Below, piece after piece: positions 30,703 through 37,968 of a DNA stretch of 42,623 bases. Within the stretch, counting starts at the first letter, position 1; each line of letters opens with the position of its first letter. A program made the position numbers and the translations under genes. This stretch comes from Acutalibacteraceae bacterium (GTDB taxonomy: Bacteria; Bacillota; Clostridia; Oscillospirales; Acutalibacteraceae). The notes under the pieces were generated by a model that was not told the origin of the DNA, ran no database searches, and saw nothing but the letters and a program-made list of their open reading frames with translations. The DNA lies in contig JAZORX010000072.1 in the NCBI GenBank assembly GCA_045656845.1, forward strand, positions 1 to 42,623. The letters are read 5' to 3'.

Positions 30703-31797
30703 TTATAACGAGTTTATCATTGAGAGGTGCTCAACATAAAGAGGCTTGACATTGTTGACAACGGTCATACCGCCCTGCAGAGACATATGGTCGCCATAAT
30801 AAACGGGCATAACATTCCAAATGCCTTTTTTTACATTCTCACTGTCATAGTCTGTGCTCGGGTCGGAAAGGGGAGCGAGAGCAGAGTATGTATTGACAAG
30901 TCCGTCGTTTTCAAGCCACTCTTTGCCGACAACATAACCACCGGGAGTTGTTCCTGTAAGTTTGCCGATTTCTGCACTGCTTGATGTGAATAAACCTTCC
31001 ATATTTTCTTTAACAGGGACATGGAAACCGTTTTCGTCTTCCTCTGTCATTGAGCAGGCAAAGGAGAAATAATAGGTGCAGCTGCTGATTGAAAGAGTTT
31101 CGTTAAGTGCAAGAGCGTTATCGATATGCATATCGTATGCTGCCGTGTCAAATTCAGCCCCGTCGATTGTTCCAACACCATAGGCTGTCGTACCGTTATG
31201 CGGTGCTGCAAGGGATGTTACAGAGTAAATATAGTCTGCTTTTCCACCTGTGAAAAGACCACTGATTTCATCCTCAGAGGTAGCAGCCATTTCTTCGGCA
31301 CTTCCCTTTGCCATAAGATGAGCAAAGGTTCTGACGGTTGCACCACCAAAAGAATGGCCGAGGAGGTTGATTTTATTTTCAGCATCCCATTCATCAATGA
31401 GAGCTTTTCCCGTGAAGTCCTCGCCGTATCTGTCGTGTCCGCATTTTTCTGAATGAGCCTTGCCGTAGTCTGTAACAGTACCCGTGAGCTGAGCGTAAAG
31501 CTCGCAGGCTCTGTCCCACGCACTTGCGGTTCCGGAAACAGAAGCTGCATAGCAGTCGAAGCCGTTGTTGTTGAGATAATTCATAAGGTTTCCGCCAAAC
31601 ATTCCCCAATAGGGCATAATCGGATAGTAAAAATCGTATTCACCCCAGCCCATAAGTCCGTGAACGAAAACATATTTATAATTTGTGTTCCAATCGCTTG
31701 AGTCAACCTCGTGATCGGGCAGGGAAACACCAAAAATTGAAAGTATTCCCATTAAGACGGAAAGAAACATTGATACTATTCTGCTGATAATACCCAT
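30703..31797 (-). CDS. Secreted/membrane-anchored alpha/beta-hydrolase lipase (staphylococcal/Bacillus-type lipase-like)
   Basis: N-terminal hydrophobic anchor and nucleophile elbow LLGHSFGGATVR. The overall layout resembles family I.5/I.6 lipases. Confidence 0.72.
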   Translation of the reverse strand: MGIISRIVSMFLSVLMGILSIFGVSLPDHEVDSSDWNTNYKYVFVHGLMGWGEYDFYYPIMPYWGMFGGNLMNYLNNNGFDCYAASVSGTASAWDRACELYAQLTGTVTDYGKAHSEKCGHDRYGEDFTGKALIDEWDAENKINLLGHSFGGATVRTFAHLMAKGSAEEMAATSEDEISGLFTGGKADYIYSVTSLAAPHNGTTAYGVGTIDGAEFDTAAYDMHIDNALALNETLSISSCTYYFSFACSMTEEDENGFHVPVKENMEGLFTSSSAEIGKLTGTTPGGYVVGKEWLENDGLVNTYSALAPLSDPSTDYDSENVKKGIWNVMPVYYGDHMSLQGGMTVVNNVKPLYVEHLSMINSL

Positions 31798-31826
31798 TTA
31801 TATTACTCCTTTATTCTTTTTAGGAA

Positions 31827-31855
31827 ATTATAACAAATCACCATTTTGATGTCAA
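31827..31855 (-). promoter_or_regulatory. Consensus sigma-A promoter for the lipase gene
   Basis: The - strand reads TTGACA-17 nt-TATAAT with TGt upstream of the -10. Confidence 0.6.
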
Positions 31856-31886
31856 GAAAGAAAAAGCAGAGAGGGAAACTCTCTGC
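31855..31886 (-). terminator. Intrinsic terminator after the GNAT gene
   Basis: gcagagag (31866-31873) pairs with ctctctgc (31879-31886). The - strand tail is tttttctttc. Confidence 0.75.
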
Positions 31887-31900
31887 ATATATTTCTGATG

Positions 31901-32392
31901 CTATTTTTCCAGATTCTTCAGGTAGAATTTATTCATCGTGCCGTGCATTACAGTTTCGGGACGGGGAATCTCAACATAACCTGCTTTTTCATATACATGA
32001 ATTGCCGTCTGCAGGTTTGTATGCGTTTCAAGGTACATTTTTTTGTACCCCATTTTCAGCGCTTCTTTTTCGAGTATATCAATCAGAAAATAGCCGAGTC
32101 CGTGTCCCTTTGCCTCGTCTGCGAGGTAGAGCTTCTGCAATTCTGCGCAGCCGTCGATGTCGGGGAATTCAGCAAGACCGATACCTCCGACAACCTTGTC
32201 GCTTTCATCAACGAGAACAAAATATGCACGGCTCTCGGGTTTCTCATCATAGAAATCCGTCAGGTGCCATATTATTTCGTCAAAGTAGACCGTTCCGGGT
32301 ATGTCAAGTCCGTTTGCTTTTAAATTATGTCTTATCAGCTCTGCCATCCGTGTATTGTCACGAGGCAGAAGCTTTCTGTGCGTTGTTTTCAT
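31901..32392 (-). CDS. GNAT-family N-acetyltransferase
   Basis: 163 aa with acetyl-CoA motif A region LYLADEAKGHGLGYFL. Confidence 0.85.
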   Translation of the reverse strand: MKTTHRKLLPRDNTRMAELIRHNLKANGLDIPGTVYFDEIIWHLTDFYDEKPESRAYFVLVDESDKVVGGIGLAEFPDIDGCAELQKLYLADEAKGHGLGYFLIDILEKEALKMGYKKMYLETHTNLQTAIHVYEKAGYVEIPRPETVMHGTMNKFYLKNLEK

Positions 32393-32402
32393 AAAAACAT
32401 CC

Positions 32403-32439
32403 TTTAAATCAAAGGGAAGCGAATTTTCATCCGCCTCCC
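32403..32439 (-). terminator. Intrinsic terminator after the vWA gene
   Basis: The - strand reads gggaggcg ... cgcttccc (8 bp, one G-U), followed by tttgattt. Confidence 0.6.
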
Positions 32440-32466
32440 TGATTGTTTTATTCGTCAGATTTACGG

Positions 32467-35229
32467 TCAGTCTTCAGGTGTACCTTCATCTTCCTTTTTG
32501 AGCTTACCGACGCCTACGAGAAGCATTGCACTTATCAATGTTGCATAAACACCGATGGGGATGCAGTATGATGCAGCAGACTCGGTTTTAGACATAGGCT
32601 CATTTACAGCAACTTTTTCAAGATCCTTAAATGAAACGATTGTATAGTAGGGTTCTTCATCGTAAGAGGTTTCAACACCCTTGATTGAGAACGACCAATC
32701 ACCCGGAACAGGATTTTCAACCGTTACAACGGAAGGAATAGACTTGTAGTCGATAGAAACACCGGGATATTCTTCGTCAACAACTCTGCCACTCGGGTCA
32801 AGGAGTATTGTTTCGAGGAAAGAACCGGGCCATGCAGTGGTTACGCAGAGATCACCGCTTCCTTCTCCGACGGTGAATTTTTCGGGATCAGTTGTCTCGC
32901 CCTGAGAAACTGTACCTTCAACTTCAGTGATAACGTTTGAAGTACTTGCCTGCTGAGCATACATAAAGCTGCCGACGATACCCATAATGCTGCTTGTGTC
33001 GGCAAATCTGTATTCGCCACCCGTCAGAGATGCAATTTCTTCAAGAAGATCCTTGTCAACATCGCTGCCGAAGCCGATAGTGTATATTTTGATGCCTTTT
33101 TGCTTAGCTTTTTCTGTTGAAGCTATGATACCGCTTCTGTTACTGTCCTGACCGTCAGTCATAAGAATGATGATCTTATTGTGTGAAGTAACTGCATCCA
33201 GCTGAGAAATACCTGTTTCAAGACCTGAAGAGATATTTGTTCCGCCACCGTCGCCGATGCGGTCAATACAAGCGCCGACATAATCATAGTCTACGTGCGG
33301 TATGGTAACTGTTTTAGAAGAGCTTCCGAACTGAACAACACCGATACCGTTCTGATCGGATTTGTATTTTTCGGCCCATTTTTTCGTTGTTGACAAAATA
33401 ATTTTAGATGCGCTCTGTGCAGCCTGAAGCTTTGTTTCACCCGTGTCGACTCTGCCACTCATTGATCCCGATGCATCGAAAACAATTGATATAACAGAGG
33501 TGAAATCGGTAGGAGCAATTCTCTTTGAAACGGGGATTGACAGCTTGTATTTATCAGGTGTCTGTCCCTTTTCAAAAAGTGTCAGGTCAAGAAGGGCAAA
33601 CTGGAAATCAACATCGAGCGAAACATTATCCAGCCATTTTTGACCCTGAGCGGTTATCTTGACTTTGAACTCGAGCATTTTCAGATACAGCCGCGCGTAA
33701 TATTCATAAGCTTCTGCATCTACCTTTGTTGTTGTGCTTGTATGGCTTGCTTCAATGGTTGTACTGCCTTTGGTCTGAAGGCCCAGACGGGCGGCAGAAA
33801 CCTCGGCAACATTAACACCTGCGATATAAAAGAGAACAGAGCAGCCTGCAAGTGTAATGTCTGTATCTGCGCTGAAGGAAAGAGTAGCATTCCACTTAAC
33901 ACCGTCTTCTTCGGCATCGTGGGTTTTCGTGTACGGATAGCTTTCAAGTCTTATGCATTTTTCGCCCTCATGGCAGAGTGTTAAGCCATTGTTAAAGCTG
34001 TGGGCATAAGTGAAGCCTGCGTTGAGATCAAGAGAGATGTTGCCTTCCCAGTCTGAGTAAACAACCATAAAGATTGTCGGATAAATAGCCTCTCTCTTTG
34101 TTTCGTATGTTTTTGTTGAAATATAAACAGGGGCAGTTCCTTTGAACTGGAAAACTGCTAATGGGAAACGCTTGTCGTTAAGACCTTCGAGAGAAAGATA
34201 TTTCCATTCTTTTTTAGTTGCATCAGCCTGAACATCGGCACTGAACGATCCGTTGATATTAACATTTGCATACATCTGGCCGCTGAGACCTACATAAAAT
34301 TCCTGCAGATCTGTTGCGCTGGGCATATCTATTACGAGGTGCGCTGCAAGGTCTTTAATACCTATCTTACCGGTAAGCTTGCAGGAAGAGCCGGCATCAA
34401 CGATAGCGTTGGGATCTTCTGCACCCTGGGCTTTCTTGCCAAGGTCAGCATCAAGAGTAACGATAAGGTCCTGACCAGAGGTGCTGTACTCATTAGCCAT
34501 AAATCCGACTTCGGCACCATTTGCGTTATATTCAAGGCTCTGGTTAGCAGAGGGTGATAAAGTTTCTGTCTGGGAAACTACGGATATTTCCTCGTCAACA
34601 CTTCCGAAATGCGAAGAAACACCGTCCATATAATAAGCGTCAATCAGGGTTGCCTGTGACAGAGTGTTGGTTGAGCTTACCTCAAGATTTTCAAAAACTT
34701 CATTGAAATCGGGCTCGCTGACCTCAAGAGTAGCTTCACCGTTATAGTTTGAAACATTATCAACCTTAAAGAAACGGTCTTCGCCAAAAGCAGTGTTTTC
34801 GTCACCTTTAAGTTGAATAATTCTGCTGCTGGTAATTCCATCAAGGAATGTAGGGTCAGGGTTCTGCATTTTGATAGAATATCTGTTACCGTTGTATGCA
34901 GTGCGTGTCTCAACACCCACAATGGAAGAGTTGATAGCATCTGACTGAGCATCGGAAAGGAAAACGACTCCGTCCTTTACCGTTACCTCATTTTTAAGAT
35001 GTGAAAAACGGTCGGTAGGATATTCGTAAGCAACTGCATTTGTGGCAGTGTCGCCTGCAGGTGTACCGTCGGGATTGCTCGGGTTTTCTCCGTTTTCATC
35101 GGCTTTGTTTTTGCTCAGAGCAGCTACAACAACACCAAAAGAGGTTGAGAGAATTCCCAGACAAAGAGTTATAATAAGAAATATTTTCAAGCCTTTGAGC
35201 AGCTTTGGAATAAAGCTTTTTTTATTCAT
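32467..35229 (-). CDS. Large vWA-domain surface protein with N- and C-terminal TM anchors
   Basis: 920 aa. N-terminal TM (IFLIITLCLGILSTSFGVVVAAL); beta-rich region of about 540 aa of unknown fold; vWA with MIDAS DASGSMSG (33457-33477) and MTDGQDS; C-terminal beta domain; terminal TM plus acidic tail. Confidence 0.8.
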   Translation of the reverse strand: MNKKSFIPKLLKGLKIFLIITLCLGILSTSFGVVVAALSKNKADENGENPSNPDGTPAGDTATNAVAYEYPTDRFSHLKNEVTVKDGVVFLSDAQSDAINSSIVGVETRTAYNGNRYSIKMQNPDPTFLDGITSSRIIQLKGDENTAFGEDRFFKVDNVSNYNGEATLEVSEPDFNEVFENLEVSSTNTLSQATLIDAYYMDGVSSHFGSVDEEISVVSQTETLSPSANQSLEYNANGAEVGFMANEYSTSGQDLIVTLDADLGKKAQGAEDPNAIVDAGSSCKLTGKIGIKDLAAHLVIDMPSATDLQEFYVGLSGQMYANVNINGSFSADVQADATKKEWKYLSLEGLNDKRFPLAVFQFKGTAPVYISTKTYETKREAIYPTIFMVVYSDWEGNISLDLNAGFTYAHSFNNGLTLCHEGEKCIRLESYPYTKTHDAEEDGVKWNATLSFSADTDITLAGCSVLFYIAGVNVAEVSAARLGLQTKGSTTIEASHTSTTTKVDAEAYEYYARLYLKMLEFKVKITAQGQKWLDNVSLDVDFQFALLDLTLFEKGQTPDKYKLSIPVSKRIAPTDFTSVISIVFDASGSMSGRVDTGETKLQAAQSASKIILSTTKKWAEKYKSDQNGIGVVQFGSSSKTVTIPHVDYDYVGACIDRIGDGGGTNISSGLETGISQLDAVTSHNKIIILMTDGQDSNRSGIIASTEKAKQKGIKIYTIGFGSDVDKDLLEEIASLTGGEYRFADTSSIMGIVGSFMYAQQASTSNVITEVEGTVSQGETTDPEKFTVGEGSGDLCVTTAWPGSFLETILLDPSGRVVDEEYPGVSIDYKSIPSVVTVENPVPGDWSFSIKGVETSYDEEPYYTIVSFKDLEKVAVNEPMSKTESAASYCIPIGVYATLISAMLLVGVGKLKKEDEGTPED

Positions 35230-36032
35230 TTCTGTTTCCTCCTTTTATTGAGAATTGAAGAAATAACAATTGTTGCTGCAACAAATAACAGCGCGGCTAC
35301 TGCGTGAATGATAAATGTTGTGAAAGTAACACTTGTTATATCCTCGGCAAGGATACCTGCCTTTGCGCTGATTGCAACCTTGAAATCAGGAACAAAGTTG
35401 ACGCAAATCGGCACGATGAGTGCCATAAACAATGCCGATAAAGAAGAAACAACTGAAGAAATGATATTGAATATTTTTCCTTTTTTGGTGAAACTGGTCA
35501 CAAATGCCAATAAGGCGAAAACAGGTACGCTACAGAAAAGAGTTTTTGTAAGAACACCCAATGTTGTAGAAATAACTGTCGGGTTGAATACTCTGTTGCC
35601 TTTTATCAACAAGTTAAGGAAAGTTTCAAGAGTCATAGAGGCTTTGAAAGATTCGTTGAAGGCAGATGTGATGAAAATCTGCTTTTTCATACCGAATGAA
35701 AGGATAAAAAATAACGAAATCAAGATGTAAAGAACAGCAAGAATCGCTATGAAAGACCATTTGAGTATGTTTTCTTTTGTGAAGACAGGCTCAGAAGGAG
35801 CTGCCGGCTTGGCAGGCTTAATAACAGGTGAGGCCTGAGCTCGGTTGAAAACGGGTTGGTTTTGAATAGTGGTGACGGGCTTCGGATTGACCACGGGTTG
35901 GGGCTGAGCTGCTACCTCTTTGTTGGTATTGGCAGCGGCAGAGACTGCGGTCTTTGGCTTAGGCAACTGTGCACCACAGCTGACACAGAAATTGGTGTTT
36001 TCGTTTTGCTTTCCACACTTAGGACAAAACAT
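35226..36032 (-). CDS. Zinc-ribbon / Pro-rich linker / polytopic membrane protein
   Basis: MFCPKCGKQNENTNFCVSCG ribbon, Pro-rich spacer, then about 5 hydrophobic helices. ATGA overlap with the vWA gene. Confidence 0.7.
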   Translation of the reverse strand: MFCPKCGKQNENTNFCVSCGAQLPKPKTAVSAAANTNKEVAAQPQPVVNPKPVTTIQNQPVFNRAQASPVIKPAKPAAPSEPVFTKENILKWSFIAILAVLYILISLFFILSFGMKKQIFITSAFNESFKASMTLETFLNLLIKGNRVFNPTVISTTLGVLTKTLFCSVPVFALLAFVTSFTKKGKIFNIISSVVSSLSALFMALIVPICVNFVPDFKVAISAKAGILAEDITSVTFTTFIIHAVAALLFVAATIVISSILNKRRKQK

Positions 36033-36058
36033 AATTTCTCCCTCCTTTATTTTGCATT

Positions 36059-36087
36059 ATTATACAATATCTGACTTATAAATGCAA
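36059..36087 (-). promoter_or_regulatory. Sigma-A-type promoter of the Zn-ribbon/vWA operon
   Basis: The - strand reads TTGCAT-17 nt-TATAAT, about 20 nt upstream of the GGAGG RBS. Confidence 0.5.
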
Positions 36088-36138
36088 TAATATTACAGAT
36101 AACTTGTCTTTTGTTGCATAAAAATTTTGGAAGGACTA

Positions 36139-36167
36139 TTGACATTTGATTTTAAAAGGTGTATTAT
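36139..36167 (+). promoter_or_regulatory. Near-consensus sigma-A promoter of the DAHP synthase leader
   Basis: TTGACA (36139-36144)-17 nt-TATTAT (36162-36167). Confidence 0.6.
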
Positions 36168-36195
36168 GTTGAAAATTTTCGAAGGAGGAAACGAT

Positions 36196-36267
36196 ATGTT
36201 TAATAAAAACTTTTACTTTTATTACTTTATCAAAGGTCGTTCATCTTCTTCGTTTTTCGGAGCTTAA
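36196..36267 (+). CDS. Candidate Phe/Tyr-rich leader peptide (23 aa, MFNKNFYFYYFIKGRSSSSFFGA)
   Basis: GAAGGAGGA RBS lies 6 nt upstream of the ATG. 6 Phe and 3 Tyr in 23 codons, including FYFYYF at codons 6-11. It sits between the promoter and an intrinsic terminator upstream of an aromatic-pathway gene. Confidence 0.6.
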   Translation: MFNKNFYFYYFIKGRSSSSFFGA

Positions 36268-36294
36268 AGCTTCGCAAGAATAAGAGAACGACCT
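36234..36294 (+). promoter_or_regulatory. Candidate antiterminator helix of the aro leader
   Basis: aggtcgttc(a)tctt (36234-36247) pairs with aagagaacgacct (36282-36294): 13 bp with one bulge. The 3' arm shares gacct (36290-36294) with the terminator stem. Confidence 0.5.
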
Positions 36295-36340
36295 GCAGGT
36301 GTTTATGCTTCAGCATAAATTTTGCAGGTCTTTATTTTTT
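36290..36340 (+). terminator. Leader (attenuator) intrinsic terminator upstream of DAHP synthase
   Basis: gacctgca (36290-36297) pairs with tgcaggtc (36323-36330), plus upper stem tttatgc/gcataaa, followed by tttatttttt (36331-36340). It lies 18 nt before the DAHP synthase ATG. Confidence 0.8.
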
Positions 36341-36358
36341 ACAAAAGAGGTAATTGTT

Positions 36359-37387
36359 ATGAAAATGCATTTCGCAAGAAAGCTTCCGATTCCACAGGAT
36401 GTTAAGCGAGATTTTCCTGTGTCGGAGAAAATGGCAGAGGTCAAAGCAGCAAGAGACAAAGAGATTGAAGCGATTTTTGAAGGGAAGTCGGATAAGTTTA
36501 TTCTTGTGATCGGTCCTTGCTCAGCAGACCACAGAGAGCCTGTGCTTGAATATATTTCACGCCTTCGTAAAATTGAAGATGAAGTGAACGATAAGATTGT
36601 CATAATTCCGAGGATCTATACAAATAAACCCAGAACAACGGGCGCAGGATATAAGGGTATGCTTCATCAGCCTGATCCTGACGAGAAGCCTGATATGTAC
36701 CACGGTATCGTTGCAATCAGAGATCTGCATATGTCTGCACTCAGAGATTACGGATTTTCCTGCGCTGACGAGATGCTCTATCCTGAAAATCATCGTTATC
36801 TTTCGGATTTGCTTTCTTATGTTGCCGTAGGTGCGCGTTCTGTCGAAAATCAGCAACACAGACTTACCGCAAGCGGATTGGGTCTTCCCGTAGGTATGAA
36901 AAATCCGACGGGCGGTGATCTTTCGATTATGATGAATGCTATCACTGCCGCACAGTCAAGCCATACATTTATCTACAGAGGCTGGGAAGTAACCAGCGAG
37001 GGTAACCCATACGCTCATGCAATACTTCGTGGATATCTTGACTATTCGGGCCACAGTATTTCAAACTATCATTATGAAGACCTCATAACTCTTAACGAGC
37101 TTTATGCAAAATCAGACCTTGCAAACCCTGCAGTAATCGTTGATACAAATCATAACAACTCAGGTAAGAAGTATCTTGAGCAGATCCGTATTGCCAAGGA
37201 TGTTGTTCACAGCAGAAACCAGAATAATGATGTTAAAAAGCTTGTCAAAGGTCTTATGATCGAAAGCTATATTGAGGATGGTGCTCAGGGAATGGGTGAG
37301 CACATTTTCGGCAAATCTATTACAGACCCGTGCCTCGGTTGGGAAAAGACAGAAAAGCTTATTTACGAGATTGCAGAAAAGCTTTGA
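36359..37387 (+). CDS. 3-deoxy-7-phosphoheptulonate (DAHP) synthase, class I-alpha (AroF/G/H-like)
   Basis: VIGPCS, KPRTT, GMKNPTGG and GKSITDPCLGWE motifs parallel E. coli AroG. ATG at 36359 follows AAGAGG. The tracked start at 36299 would run through the terminator hairpin. Confidence 0.92.
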   Translation: MKMHFARKLPIPQDVKRDFPVSEKMAEVKAARDKEIEAIFEGKSDKFILVIGPCSADHREPVLEYISRLRKIEDEVNDKIVIIPRIYTNKPRTTGAGYKGMLHQPDPDEKPDMYHGIVAIRDLHMSALRDYGFSCADEMLYPENHRYLSDLLSYVAVGARSVENQQHRLTASGLGLPVGMKNPTGGDLSIMMNAITAAQSSHTFIYRGWEVTSEGNPYAHAILRGYLDYSGHSISNYHYEDLITLNELYAKSDLANPAVIVDTNHNNSGKKYLEQIRIAKDVVHSRNQNNDVKKLVKGLMIESYIEDGAQGMGEHIFGKSITDPCLGWEKTEKLIYEIAEKL

Positions 37388-37413
37388 TACATTTAAAAAT
37401 ATGATAAAAGCTC

Positions 37414-37460
37414 AGGCTGTATCAGGTCATCTTACCGATGCCGATACAGCCTTTGTTTTG
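37414..37460. terminator. Hairpin terminator between aro gene (+) and the transporter operon (-)
   Basis: aggctgtatc (37414-37423) pairs with gatacagcct (37443-37452) with a 19-nt loop, followed by ttgttttg. An A-run lies on the left side. Confidence 0.6.
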
Positions 37461-37479
37461 TCAGATTCAGATTTTAAAG

Positions 37480-37968
37480 TCAGACATCAGCCATCTTCAT
37501 TTTGCTGAATTTCTGACCCCAGGCATTTGCCCAGGCCTCACAATAAAGCTTGTAATAAGAAATATTGTTCTTTTTTCTGTATCCCTCAAAGCAATTGCAC
37601 CATATCATTGAAGGCAGAGCGATAACGATATAGTAGAGAGGGCCGAGAAGAAGGCATTGCCATGTGTGTCCGTATTCGTGGATACGGGTGTTATATGTCC
37701 ATTTTTTGCTCTTATGGTTGTCTTTCATAAAGATGAAAAGTCCGAGCGAAAGACCACCTGCCTTCCACGGAAGATAGACGATATATGCATAGCCGAACCT
37801 TTGCCAACGGCGTTTTTTGATCTTTGTGCAGAAAAGAAAAGCGATGCCACCGACGATGTTGACCGGCAGACCCCAGGTCCACTGAATAAGAAAGAAAAGA
37901 AAATCAATCAAAGAATTCTTAAAGTTTTTCTCTTTTTTATCAGGATGTTTTTTTGTAATATCAACCAT
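37480..37968 (-). CDS. Small membrane protein with HExxH motif (putative membrane zincin; hypothetical)
   Basis: 162 aa with 3-4 hydrophobic helices and RIHEYGHTWQ (HEYGH). The ATG overlaps the transporter stop by 8 nt. Confidence 0.55.
   Translation of the reverse strand: MVDITKKHPDKKEKNFKNSLIDFLFFLIQWTWGLPVNIVGGIAFLFCTKIKKRRWQRFGYAYIVYLPWKAGGLSLGLFIFMKDNHKSKKWTYNTRIHEYGHTWQCLLLGPLYYIVIALPSMIWCNCFEGYRKKNNISYYKLYCEAWANAWGQKFSKMKMADV

Noticed and set aside
31846-32394. 182-aa and 141-aa + strand ORFs opposite the GNAT gene
   Set aside because: They are antisense to a GNAT with clear motifs. They begin inside the GNAT terminator hairpin and the lipase promoter, and they have no RBS or recognisable domain.
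36049-36120. Three copies of TTGCAT/ATGCAA in the divergent intergenic region, considered as a possible operator set
   Set aside because: One copy is explained as the -35 of the Zn-ribbon/vWA promoter. The others are short hexamers in AT-rich DNA and are compatible with chance.
36299-36358. Upstream extension of the DAHP synthase ORF (MFMLQHKFCRSLFFTKEVIV)
   Set aside because: The extension is encoded by the terminator hairpin and its T-tract. An AAGAGG RBS precedes the ATG at 36359, and homologues start near that point.
36170-36358. Possibility that the aro leader is a T-box or a riboswitch
   Set aside because: The leader is only about 190 nt. It is dominated by a well-initiated short ORF, and I see no T-box sequence (AGGGUGGNACCGCG-like) or specifier-loop architecture. 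Leader-peptide attenuation fits better, although only a covariance-model scan can exclude other classes.
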